Below, piece after piece: positions 43,007-51,931 of a DNA stretch of 64,000 nucleotides (positions within the stretch are counted from its first letter, which is position 1; the number at the start of each line of letters is the position of its first letter). Position numbers and translations under genes: made by a program. The notes beneath the pieces were generated by a model that searched no databases, was not told the DNA's origin, and saw only the letters and a program-made list of their open reading frames with translations. The stretch is from IMG/VR virus record IMGVR_UViG_3300044691_000338, positions 7,853 to 71,852 of that record; one strand, written 5' to 3'. This DNA comes from a virus.

Positions 43007-43189
43007 ATGGAGGAACTGATGACGATGCACGCCTTTCGCGATACGGCCAAAAAGTTACGGTTCATCGACCGAGATGATGTGCCGTTCCTGAGCGAGCAAC
43101 AATGGACCGCTTTCCACGATGACCCACTCGGATACTTCATGCTGGCCGACGATCTGACCGCCAACCGGATATGGGACACATTGAAATGA
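43007..43189 (+). CDS. Hypothetical protein
   Basis: Small ORF in plus-strand cassette. Confidence 0.5.
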   Translation: MEELMTMHAFRDTAKKLRFIDRDDVPFLSEQQWTAFHDDPLGYFMLADDLTANRIWDTLK

Positions 43190-43356
43190 CGATCACTCTG
43201 AACGGCAAGACATACCGCCCGGCCCGCGACAGCGATGGGAACCGCGTGGTCATTGTCGAAACCGGCCCCCGCACCTCGCGCTTGGCTGATCCGGAGATCG
43301 CAGCGAAGGTCATGCGCGGGTTCCTACTGGTCCCGCTGTCTCTGGGTTCGCGCTAA
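43186..43356 (+). CDS. Hypothetical protein
   Basis: ATGA coupling. Confidence 0.45.
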   Translation: MTITLNGKTYRPARDSDGNRVVIVETGPRTSRLADPEIAAKVMRGFLLVPLSLGSR

Positions 43357-43494
43357 CCCATATCCACACGTCCCGCATATCCATACGCATCAGGTGCATC
43401 GTCAGTCTGTGCTCGGCTGACGATGCGTTTGCGTTGTGCAGACACAACCGGTCCAGCCCGCGCATGAGTTCGCCGATCTCGCGGGAGATATCGG

Positions 43495-43680
43495 TCACTG
43501 CCTGAGCCAGGACTCATACTCCGCCGCGCCCTGTTCCCGCTTCCACCGGCCCACGGGACCATCGGACAGGATCTCGGCGCAGTTCTCGATGCAGTCCGAG
43601 CAAATGAAAACCCGAGGCCCAGCGATCATGCGCTCCGTCTCGAACTGTTCTCGGCCGCAGAAGGAACAGTTGATCCTCAT
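43495..43680 (-). CDS. ClpX-type C4 zinc-finger protein
   Basis: CSFCGR....RMIAGPRVFICSDCIENC. Confidence 0.85.
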   Translation of the reverse strand: MRINCSFCGREQFETERMIAGPRVFICSDCIENCAEILSDGPVGRWKREQGAAEYESWLRQ

Positions 43681-44069
43681 GGGGTGACCTGGGCGAACAT
43701 GCCGGCGTCCTTGGTCAGCCGGCGGCGGGCGATGTCGATGTATTCGGCGTTCAATTCGATCATGATTGCGTCGCGGCCGAGGCGATCGGCGACGAGCCCG
43801 GTCGTACCAGCGCCACCGAAGGGATCGAGGACGGTGCATGGCACAACCTTCGCGTCACACCGACACGTCGGCGCCCACGAGTAAGCTTTCTCTCGCATTC
43901 CCTCGAGGATGCGCCGCTTTTGGCTTTCCAGACTGCCCTCTCCGTCTATGAGACCAGCGATATACGCTACCTGCGTCTCGGACAAAGATGTCACCACGCA
44001 ATGCACGCTCTGATCTGGCAACTCGCGCATCGCCGTTCGGCAGTCCCCATGTAAAATCCGAACGCTCAT
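43677..44069 (-). pseudogene. Internally deleted N4/N6 DNA methyltransferase containing a LAGLIDADG helix
   Basis: ILHGDC...SVHCVVTS lacking PPY, then AYIAGLIDGEGS, then VLDPFGGAGTTGLVA..LGR..I.IELN. Confidence 0.75.
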
Positions 44070-44455
44070 GGGCGCAACAGCCCCATCGCCCGCGACGCCT
44101 CGGCCAATTTTTCGGCGCACTGCATCAGATCAATCCCCCATCGTGCCGCGCAGGTTTTCTCGCCGGCCTGATGCACTGCCTTATGGTGTGCATCGCATAG
44201 CCCGACTGTTTCATCGTCACCCGACTTGACCGCCGTTCCCGCGTTGCTGGCGCGGCGCACGTGGTGCCAGGTGACGTGTGAGTGCGGTTCCGGTCGGGTG
44301 CTGCGGAAGCGAGCGAGTAGCCTCAACACAGCCGGTAGATGACGATGATACTGGCAACCAGGGACAACACAGCCGCAATGGCTGACAAAGTGGAGATGAG
44401 CGACGCAGCGCACCCGAGCGACCTTAAAGTTCGGTGTGACCTCCGTTTGGCTCAT
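44066..44455 (-). CDS. DUF968/HNH-like putative nuclease
   Basis: CVVPGC...HHVR....GTAVKSGD..TVGLCDAHH...H. Confidence 0.7.
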   Translation of the reverse strand: MSQTEVTPNFKVARVRCVAHLHFVSHCGCVVPGCQYHRHLPAVLRLLARFRSTRPEPHSHVTWHHVRRASNAGTAVKSGDDETVGLCDAHHKAVHQAGEKTCAARWGIDLMQCAEKLAEASRAMGLLRP

Positions 44456-44664
44456 CGACCCCCCCCATCCACCGGCGGTTGCGAAGATCCCGCCTTCTGC
44501 TTGCGATATTCACAGATGATGGCGGGGATTCGCCGGCGGAACCCGAACAGCGTGCTTGGCTTGCGGTTGGGTTCCATGCGCCACGCCCTGATGTAGTCGG
44601 GACAGGTCTTCCGAATTGCCCGGTCCAGCGCCGCGTGGTCGATCATCGGGATTGGTCCATTCAT
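44452..44664 (-). CDS. Hypothetical protein
   Basis: ATGA coupling. Confidence 0.5.
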   Translation of the reverse strand: MNGPIPMIDHAALDRAIRKTCPDYIRAWRMEPNRKPSTLFGFRRRIPAIICEYRKQKAGSSQPPVDGGGR

Positions 44665-45449
44665 GGTCGGAACGTCGCCGCGATATGACGCGCCAAAGGT
44701 TCAGGAATTTTGGCGATCATGGCGGAGGCGGCTTTGCGGGAAGGGGAATCGCTACTGTGCTGACGCATGAAGGAGCAATTATTCCCGGCCCCAAACCAGC
44801 CGTTGCCTACTTTGACGCCATCGTGGACGGGGTTTTGATTGACAACCTTCTGTCCAGGCGAGCCGATGTTGAACCACGAACCGCCGTTGTTTTTGTGCCC
44901 ATGAAAGTTCGTCGCGCCATTCGACCTGTGCGCAATACCGTCTTTCATCGCGTGGCGCCCAACCACGATCGGCATCAACGCCGGCACATCACCCCAGAGA
45001 TGAAACGACCCAAAATTCCAGCGAGACCGTCCGACCCACGGAATTGCGCCGCGCACATTCTCGACCACGAGCGGAATATGGTGCCCGGCCTCTTCGGATG
45101 CCTCACGTTGAATGCGAAAGCAGGCATCAAACAGCGCGGTCAGATCGGCGAGCGCGACACCGGTTTGGTCCGCCCGGATCGTCGCGGCCTTGGCTTTGGC
45201 GAGCGACCACGGCATCGCCATATACGAGAATTCCTGGCAGGGCGGGCTCGCGACGATGATCGCAGCGTCTTTGAATTGGCTTCCATGCAGCGTCAAAACA
45301 TCCTGGATCACGAGTTGCGCCGGGTAACGGTGCTCACCGTAGACGTGCCGCTCGATATCGAAGCCGATTGGCTCATATCCTTCCGCCAAGCCGCCCTCGG
45401 ACCAGCCACCAACGCCACAATAAAGATCTACCATCAGCGGCTTGCTCAC
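44661..45449 (-). CDS. C5-cytosine DNA methyltransferase-like protein
   Basis: VDLYCGVGG (motif I), ASPPCQEFS (motif IV), VVENV (motif VI); GTG start. Confidence 0.8.
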   Translation of the reverse strand: MSKPLMVDLYCGVGGWSEGGLAEGYEPIGFDIERHVYGEHRYPAQLVIQDVLTLHGSQFKDAAIIVASPPCQEFSYMAMPWSLAKAKAATIRADQTGVALADLTALFDACFRIQREASEEAGHHIPLVVENVRGAIPWVGRSRWNFGSFHLWGDVPALMPIVVGRHAMKDGIAHRSNGATNFHGHKNNGGSWFNIGSPGQKVVNQNPVHDGVKVGNGWFGAGNNCSFMRQHSSDSPSRKAASAMIAKIPEPLARHIAATFRP

Positions 45450-45667
45450 CGCCGCTCTCCCGCTATCGCCCGCAGGCACGCCACGGGCCAGCCCACGCCG
45501 ACGACGATCACCACGAACGTGACGACGACGACCGCCGCGACAACCGCGTAGACCACCGCCAGGCCGAAGGTGAGCGCGACAGAGGCACACACGAACACCC
45601 GGGCGGCGACGATCCCAACCCCGAGGATCGCGGCAGCGATGTGGGTCAGCCACCAGGAGCGGGTCAC
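45446..45667 (-). CDS. Small membrane protein
   Basis: Two hydrophobic segments. Confidence 0.5.
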   Translation of the reverse strand: MTRSWWLTHIAAAILGVGIVAARVFVCASVALTFGLAVVYAVVAAVVVVTFVVIVVGVGWPVACLRAIAGERR

Positions 45668-45854
45668 GTTGCTTCCCTTGCGCGATCGAACGTCCGTTGG
45701 AGCTCCGCCTCCACCACATCAGGGTGCTGCTGCTTCAGAGCGGCCAGACGCGCCAGATCGGCGTTACAGGCCGAGCACAGTCCAGGGCCACCGCAGCGCG
45801 CCTTGACCCCACCAGGCGCCCTGTAAACCCAACCATGGCCGCAATCTGTGTCGC

Positions 45855-46190
45855 TCATCGCGATTTGCCTCCAAGCATTGAGAAACCACGGGCCGGATAC
45901 GTGCCGGGGGGAACGCGGCGCACCGCGTTGTCAGTCTTCGGCGGCGGCACGAACCCGAGCATCACCGAAACTGGGATCACGATCGGCACTGGCAGAGATG
46001 CGGGCGCCACCTTGACCGGCTTTTCCTGGTATCGCCTCGCCATCGCGATCACGTCCGCCGCCATCGGGTAGAACCCGAGCAACGGCATCAGCTTCTTGCG
46101 GATCACCGCCATGTGCGTGTCGCCTGACCACAGAGCGTCGAGATACGACAGGGCAACTTCAGGCCATTCCTGGGGGACGGTTTCGCTCAT
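45855..46190 (-). CDS. GcrA-like N-terminal helical protein (divergent)
   Basis: W.E..L..L..LW..D......I...L. Confidence 0.4.
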   Translation of the reverse strand: MSETVPQEWPEVALSYLDALWSGDTHMAVIRKKLMPLLGFYPMAADVIAMARRYQEKPVKVAPASLPVPIVIPVSVMLGFVPPPKTDNAVRRVPPGTYPARGFSMLGGKSR

Positions 46191-46557
46191 TTTGGCACCG
46201 ACAAGTAGGTTGAGGGATCGGCGGCGTGCTGGCTCGAAAGGAGGTAATTCTCCGAACAGTTCGGACATTTCTGAGCTTCCAGATGCCCGACCCAGGTCGC
46301 CAGGGGCACATGCAGCACGGCTGGCGCCATCCATTCTGTCCCGCATTGCTTGCAGCGCAACTCGGTTTCAGAGGTTCCGCTCATGGCTCAAAAATCTCCA
46401 AATAGGCAGTGTCGATCCGGTGCCGCTCCGGAATGTTGGGCCACTCCACGATCGCGAAGCCGTCCATGTCCATCACGATCCCGACCTTGGCGCCGATGTC
46501 CCAGAACCGGGAGCGCATCTCCGCGATTACCTGGACGCGGGAACCCTTCTTCACCGG

Positions 46558-46845
46558 TCATTGCCGCGTCGCCGTCTGCGCCGCCCGCAACCGTGGCAGG
46601 GCCTGTTTCCATTGCTCCCCCAACCACGCCAGCGCTTCATCGGCATCCTCGAACCGCATGCACCAACTCAGCACCGCCGAGGACATCACTGCGGGAACCA
46701 GTTCCTCGGGGATCTTCCCGAAGATGCGCAGCACCGGACCGGTGAACTCAGCCGAGCGATCGATTTCCTCCTGCGTGATTCTCCGCTCCTGGTCGCCCAT
46801 GGGGACAAACCCGGTGAGGCGCATCGGTTCGTCGTCGTCGATCAT
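46558..46845 (-). CDS. Small helical protein, possible distant paralogue of 17257..17517
   Basis: PMGDQ vs PIGDQ; similar helical pattern. Confidence 0.55.
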   Translation of the reverse strand: MIDDDEPMRLTGFVPMGDQERRITQEEIDRSAEFTGPVLRIFGKIPEELVPAVMSSAVLSWCMRFEDADEALAWLGEQWKQALPRLRAAQTATRQ

Positions 46846-47324
46846 GGGGAGTCCTCCGTCGCGACCTGGCGCAAGGCGCGCATCCGATCGCGGATCTCGG
46901 TGACCGTCGGCTGAAGCACGTCGCAGACATCAGCCGCCGATGGGAAAAACTGGAACGTCTGCAACGCGGATCGCTGCGTTGACTGGTTAAACGCGCCAAT
47001 CGGGAAACCCTGCAGCGCGAGCATCACACCCGCCATCCAGCCCTTGAGCGCCTCCGGGGTCTTCTCGTTGCGGACCACCTGCGGGATCGGCGCCAGCCAC
47101 TCCCGGAGGACTTTCTCCGTCACCGGACGCTCGTACGGCTCAAACCGCGCGATCGCCTCCCGCGCCGAGGCCCGGATCTCCGGTGAGTACGGGCCCAGGT
47201 GCATGCCGTCCGACATTGGACTCAACATCACGAACAACACCGCATTGAGCGAATGCTTCGGGTTTAGGGAAGGAAGATCGCCTGGGAGGTTGGAAGACTT
47301 CGTTTTGGCGACATCACGGCTCAC
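46842..47324 (-). CDS. Replication accessory protein (helicase-loader position)
   Basis: Directly downstream of initiator; FQFFPSAADV motif. Confidence 0.55.
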   Translation of the reverse strand: MSRDVAKTKSSNLPGDLPSLNPKHSLNAVLFVMLSPMSDGMHLGPYSPEIRASAREAIARFEPYERPVTEKVLREWLAPIPQVVRNEKTPEALKGWMAGVMLALQGFPIGAFNQSTQRSALQTFQFFPSAADVCDVLQPTVTEIRDRMRALRQVATEDSP

Positions 47325-48567
47325 GGTTAAATTCCCCCTCAATGGTCGATGTCCAGTCTCCTGCCGGTTCATCCAGATGCTCGCGACCGGGCAGACGGCG
47401 ACCGAGGATCAGTTCGGATGCTTGCAAGCGGCTGTCGGCTGGTCGACCGTTCAGTTTTTGAGGCTTGTTGATGTATCGGCCCTCAAGAACTTTGATCATA
47501 TTTGCCGGCTTTACTGCCCAATCAAAATCTGCTGTCCAACCGCGTTCACTGTTTCCGGACAAGAACGCGCTTGCGGTGATTGTCTCGCAATACGCCAGCC
47601 AATCCGCCAGATCGTTGTGCATATCCTCGTGGAGGCGAGCCCTGACCGCAGCTCGGCGAGGGGTGGTGATTTTTTTCACGACGCCAGATGTTCCCCCACA
47701 AACCCGGTTCCAGATTGCGACAGCTTCATCGACCAAATCGCGCTCCGGCGTACCTGAGGGTTCTATGAGGGTTCCTTGAAGGTTCTGCTTTGATGGTTCC
47801 TGATGGTTCCCTGTCCCGTTTTCGGGACTGTTAGGTGGGAATTTCGGGACTGTTTCTAGGGAATTTTGGGACTGTTCGGTGGGAAAATCGGGACTATTAG
47901 GTGGGAAAATCGGGACCGTTTCCACAAACCCAGGATCGGGAAAAACGGGACCGTTAACCGGGAATTTCGGGACTGTTTCTTCTCTCTTTGCTTTGTTGTC
48001 AGCGAGGACCTGTTTGACTCGAATAGAGACCTGCTTGGGCGTTCCCTGGTTGCGACAGAGTGGGTCATGCTGAAATTCGACAAAGAGCCGCCGTTCCTCG
48101 GCTAACGCTTCTTGCACCGTGTCGAAACAACGCAGGACCTCTCTCACCAGAACGCGATTTGAGGCTGACATCTGGTAGACCCATTGCCCGCTTCCCCGAT
48201 AAGTGTCCGCTTGGGGATCGCCATCCCAGGAGCGTTTCCCGAGATAATATTCTCCGGTGATTGGGTCGGATGTCTTATACGTGTAATGCACAATGAGCCC
48301 AGAGGGACCAAGCAGTTTATAAACGACGACCTGCCCAGTCGCACCTTTACGTAACCCGGTGTCAGCAATCAGACCTTCCTCGGTTAACCTTTGCATAGCG
48401 GCAATAATCGTTTTCCGATCTAATGATGTGTCCCCAACCAATTTCGTCTGACTGGGATAGCAGATGCCAGATTCATCCGCATAATTCGCGAGACATACCA
48501 ACACGAACTTATCGCTCGATCGTGTGATCGATTGGCAGAATGCCCATGTTAGCGCGGCATTACTCAC
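47314..48567 (-). CDS. Replication initiator (N-terminal HTH) with in-frame GIY-YIG domain and iteron-encoded repeats
   Basis: MSNAALTWAF...KFVLVCLANYADESGICYPSQ..L...T.L...TI; HYTYKT..P.TGEYYLGKR...YRGSG; C-terminal FLSG.SERGWTADFDW.VKP.N..KVLEG.Y. Confidence 0.85.
   Translation of the reverse strand: MSNAALTWAFCQSITRSSDKFVLVCLANYADESGICYPSQTKLVGDTSLDRKTIIAAMQRLTEEGLIADTGLRKGATGQVVVYKLLGPSGLIVHYTYKTSDPITGEYYLGKRSWDGDPQADTYRGSGQWVYQMSASNRVLVREVLRCFDTVQEALAEERRLFVEFQHDPLCRNQGTPKQVSIRVKQVLADNKAKREETVPKFPVNGPVFPDPGFVETVPIFPPNSPDFPTEQSQNSLETVPKFPPNSPENGTGNHQEPSKQNLQGTLIEPSGTPERDLVDEAVAIWNRVCGGTSGVVKKITTPRRAAVRARLHEDMHNDLADWLAYCETITASAFLSGNSERGWTADFDWAVKPANMIKVLEGRYINKPQKLNGRPADSRLQASELILGRRLPGREHLDEPAGDWTSTIEGEFNREP
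47812..47980. repeat. Replication-origin iterons: seven GGGAC(T/C) core repeats, mostly 22-bp period
   Basis: Cores at 47824, 47846, 47868, 47890, 47912, 47947, 47969; one inverted copy (TGTCCCG) at 47812. Confidence 0.8.
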
Positions 48568-48571
48568 GGGT

Positions 48572-50026
48572 TCACACCCATGCGGGAACTTCCTCGTCAG
48601 AAGCGAACAGACTGGTAGTCGTGCTGTCGCCGGGCATCGAAAACCGGGTGCGCGGGCCGTCGAACGTGAGCCAGACCGATCCGGTTTTGCCGTATCGGCG
48701 CTTGCCCAGGATGACCTCGGATTTGCCCTTCACCTGGTCGCGGCGCTTGTACCAAGCCTCTCGGTATGCGACCTGTTTTTCCTCACTATAGTTCGCTGGC
48801 GGGGTTGGAGGTTGCGCCGGAAAGTAAAGTTCCGGCCGCCACACCATGACGATGTTATCCGCGTCCTGTTCGCCGGCGTGCGCCAGATCGGCGATGCGCG
48901 GGCGTTGCGCGTCTGGTCCCTCGCGCCGCTCGCCCTGCCGGGATGTTTGCACGAGCAACAGGATCGGAATGCCGAGCGATTTCGCCAGGGCTTTCAACGT
49001 GAACGTGATGGCCTGAGCCTGTTCCGTGCGGGACAAACGGGCCATCGATTTGTCGGGTTTAATCAGGTCGCGATGATCGATGACGATCAGTTTCGCACCC
49101 TTCCGGCGGACCGCGATCCTGGCGCCGATGCACAATTCGGTCAGGCTCATGCCGGTCCGGTCATCAACGGACAGGGGAAGTGCCCGCAACTCTTTTCGAA
49201 CCTGGATCAGCGCCAAAGTGCGCGCGTCGGTGAGTTTGCCTTGCCGAATATCGTCGGACGGAATCGAGGTGGCACTGGCCAGCATCCGCACCGCGAGATC
49301 CTTGCGGGTCATTTCCAACGAGACGATGTGCACCGATTGGCCCGCGGGAAGCGCACGCGCGATGGCCTCGGCGATCTGCATGCCGAGGGCTGTTTTGCCG
49401 TGTCCAGATCGGCCGGCGATCATGTCCAGTGCGCCAGGCCAGAGCCCGCCCCAAAGGTCATCCAGAGTTCCGATACCAGTCATGAGCCCGTCGACCTGGC
49501 CGGTCCGGTAGGCCCTGTCCGCGTCGTCCGTGGCGGTGTCGACTGACTCGGCCCAACCCGTGGCGGGTTCAACTGAGGCGACCTCCGACACGTCCATCAG
49601 TGACGCGACGAGGTCCGAGATTAGCGTGACGCCATCCGAACCTGGATCCGGCGTAAAACCGGAGGCGATCGCCTGCTCTCCAATGCCGATGACCTGACGG
49701 CGCACCCAGGATTCCCGGATGACCTCGGCGTATTCCGCGACCGTGGTGATGGCGATCATGGAAGCAAGCAGGTTGGCGATCACCGCATCCGGAAACTCGC
49801 CCTTCAGCGAGACACCGGAAACAGTTTTACCGGCGTCGATCCGCTCGATGATGCGGGCATAAACTCTGCCCAATTCGGCATCGTAAAAGTGTTCAGGCAA
49901 CAAACCGACGCAGCGATCCCGCGCATTGTTGCTGTACAGCAACGCGCCAAGGATCGCCTGTTCCGCTTCAATGTTTGAAGGTTGTGCGCGGAGTGACAGG
50001 CCGGGATAGGGAGCATCATCCGGCAT
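48572..50026 (-). CDS. dnaB: Replicative DNA helicase DnaB-like
   Basis: NIEAEQAILGALL, TGIGTLDDL.GG, AGRSGHGKT, SLEM, VIDH, LKALAK, RPRIADL..AGEQDAD, KRRYGKTG. Confidence 0.95.
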   Translation of the reverse strand: MPDDAPYPGLSLRAQPSNIEAEQAILGALLYSNNARDRCVGLLPEHFYDAELGRVYARIIERIDAGKTVSGVSLKGEFPDAVIANLLASMIAITTVAEYAEVIRESWVRRQVIGIGEQAIASGFTPDPGSDGVTLISDLVASLMDVSEVASVEPATGWAESVDTATDDADRAYRTGQVDGLMTGIGTLDDLWGGLWPGALDMIAGRSGHGKTALGMQIAEAIARALPAGQSVHIVSLEMTRKDLAVRMLASATSIPSDDIRQGKLTDARTLALIQVRKELRALPLSVDDRTGMSLTELCIGARIAVRRKGAKLIVIDHRDLIKPDKSMARLSRTEQAQAITFTLKALAKSLGIPILLLVQTSRQGERREGPDAQRPRIADLAHAGEQDADNIVMVWRPELYFPAQPPTPPANYSEEKQVAYREAWYKRRDQVKGKSEVILGKRRYGKTGSVWLTFDGPRTRFSMPGDSTTTSLFASDEEVPAWV

Positions 50027-50091
50027 CAGCGCGAATCCTTATGGTTGCGCTGTTCAGTCTTTAAGTGGCGGAGGTTGACACTTTACGCGCG

Positions 50092-50274
50092 TCAGGCGGG
50101 TGCGGTTTCGCGTTCCTTTTTGATAGCCACAAGGGATCGTTTGGCGAGTCTCCTCACCGCCTCAGACTGCGATGGGATCGGACGAAATCCAGTCCGAAAG
50201 TCCTCGATTTCCAACCACATATCCTGATCAAACTGGATCGTCAGATTGACCGCCGTCGGGTCTTTGCCTCTCAT
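50092..50274 (-). CDS. RHH-like small regulator
   Basis: LTIQFDQDMWLEIEDFR....IPSQSEAVRRL; AAGGA RBS. Confidence 0.6.
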   Translation of the reverse strand: MRGKDPTAVNLTIQFDQDMWLEIEDFRTGFRPIPSQSEAVRRLAKRSLVAIKKERETAPA

Positions 50275-50408
50275 TTTGGCGTGTCCTTGGTTCGAAGGGG
50301 GGAATGGAATATTGAATCGGTAGCGTGTCAAGTGTCCGATACCCGACGTAACATTACAAATGCGGTGTTTCGCGTGGCCTAAGAACAAGAACAAAACAAT
50401 GTTGCGCC

Positions 50409-51671
50409 TCATCCCTCGACACAGATCAGGCCGTGCGTCGGCCGGGTGGCGGAGACGTACAGACCTCGGAGTCCCTCGCCGCGGTTGCTGCCCACCCAAC
50501 GGCGCATCTCCGGGATGTCGACGAAGGTATTACGCATTGTAAGGCCCTGACTGTTGTGTACGGTGAGCGTATAGGGGGCCTGCGCGGTCACCAGTGACTG
50601 CTTGAAGGCATGGAATCGGCCCCACTCGCCATTGCGGCGCGCGGTATCCGCCATGGCCGTCAGCTTCGCCTGATAGGCCCTCTCATCGGCCGGCATGTGG
50701 ACCTCGACGGCCTTCTTGTCCTCGGTTTCGACCACCATGCGCCACGTTGGGAGGCCGGCACGGTTGTCTTTGCCGATCTCCCGGACAATCACTTCCTCGT
50801 TCGTGTTGAGGATGATCTTGCGCCGCTCGACCAGCGTTTCGCGGATCAGCGCGCGCTCCCCGACCACGAATGGCGTGTTGGTCGGGCCGTAGCGCCACTG
50901 GCGGATCCGGATGTTCGTCGTCGCCACCGTCTTGTTCGTCCAGCACAGATATCGAAAAGCCAGGCTGTCGGCGTTGAACTCTTCACTGGTGAACGCTTTC
51001 TTGAGCCATACACCTGGCTCGCGCGGCACGAACACGCCATAGGCGCCGCTGTGCGCCGGCTTGCACCAATCCCAGTTCGGCCCGTCGGTCTGGCACTTTC
51101 GGACCTCCCAGGCGGCGGCGAGCACAGGGTTGTCCTCGGCCTGCCGTTCTGGTTTGGACAGGTGGCTATGGTGTTCGGTATCGAATGTCGGGCTGCGGCC
51201 TTCCCCGACCGGAAATAGTTGGCCCTCGTCGCCGAAGAAAATGACCGCCCGCCCGTCCAGCCATCGCTCAATGTGCTGATAAAGATCGGTTCCGACCATG
51301 CTCGTCTCGTCGATGAACACGATGTCGGCATTGACCGACTCGGCTTTCGGATTGCGCGTGAAGATCAGTTTATCGCCGCGTGGCTTCGGCGTCAGCCCGA
51401 GCAGCGTCTGCAGCGTGCAGACACCGACATCAACACCGCCGGCGCGGAGCTTCTTACGGGCGACGCCACATGCCTGATGCGTCGGCGCGCTGATCGCCAC
51501 CGGCTTCCATCCCTCGTGAAGGGTGGCGGCGATCACCTGCATTAGAACCGTCTTGCCGCTGCCGGCATCGCCCGTGACAAGATGATGCCGCCGGGCTTTG
51601 ATCGACTCCATCACCTCGGTGTACGCGCGCTCCTGGTCGGGATTGAGGGTGTAGCCGAGGGTGTTCCTCAC
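50409..51671 (-). CDS. Dda/RecD-like SF1B helicase
   Basis: GDAGSGKT, APTHQA, IDETSM, GDEGQLFPV, ERQA, YTLTVHNSQGLT, YVSATRP. Confidence 0.92.
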   Translation of the reverse strand: MRNTLGYTLNPDQERAYTEVMESIKARRHHLVTGDAGSGKTVLMQVIAATLHEGWKPVAISAPTHQACGVARKKLRAGGVDVGVCTLQTLLGLTPKPRGDKLIFTRNPKAESVNADIVFIDETSMVGTDLYQHIERWLDGRAVIFFGDEGQLFPVGEGRSPTFDTEHHSHLSKPERQAEDNPVLAAAWEVRKCQTDGPNWDWCKPAHSGAYGVFVPREPGVWLKKAFTSEEFNADSLAFRYLCWTNKTVATTNIRIRQWRYGPTNTPFVVGERALIRETLVERRKIILNTNEEVIVREIGKDNRAGLPTWRMVVETEDKKAVEVHMPADERAYQAKLTAMADTARRNGEWGRFHAFKQSLVTAQAPYTLTVHNSQGLTMRNTFVDIPEMRRWVGSNRGEGLRGLYVSATRPTHGLICVEG

Positions 51672-51673
51672 AG

Positions 51674-51931
51674 TCAGGCGGCTTTCGTCTCGTCGGCCGA
51701 TGCCAGACGCCTGATGTCTGACAATTTGGCATCATCGATAAGATCGACCTCAATGGGAAGTTGTTCGAGCACGAGGCGGTAACCCTTATCGCGTAGCGCC
51801 TCGACCAACAGAAACCCGCAGTACTTCCCGGTGCCGGCGTCCTTGACCGACTGGCCCAATGTCTCGGACGTCGCGACGGCATCCATGGTGTCAACTCGCA
51901 TTGTCGTTTCCTCTGGTAAGAAATTAATCAA
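51674..51931 (-). CDS. Hypothetical protein
   Basis: Coupled small ORF. Confidence 0.5.
   Translation of the reverse strand: MINFLPEETTMRVDTMDAVATSETLGQSVKDAGTGKYCGFLLVEALRDKGYRLVLEQLPIEVDLIDDAKLSDIRRLASADETKAA

Noticed and set aside
43900-43990. Intein in the methyltransferase
   Set aside because: No C/S-start splicing block and no HN-C/S/T end; only one LAGLIDADG helix remains
44661-45719. 352-aa version of the cytosine MTase
   Set aside because: The N-terminal extension overlaps two other coupled genes; the GTG at 45449 fits motif I placement
47812-47980. CRISPR-like or VNTR array
   Set aside because: No unique spacers of suitable length, degenerate units, and location inside the initiator fit iterons
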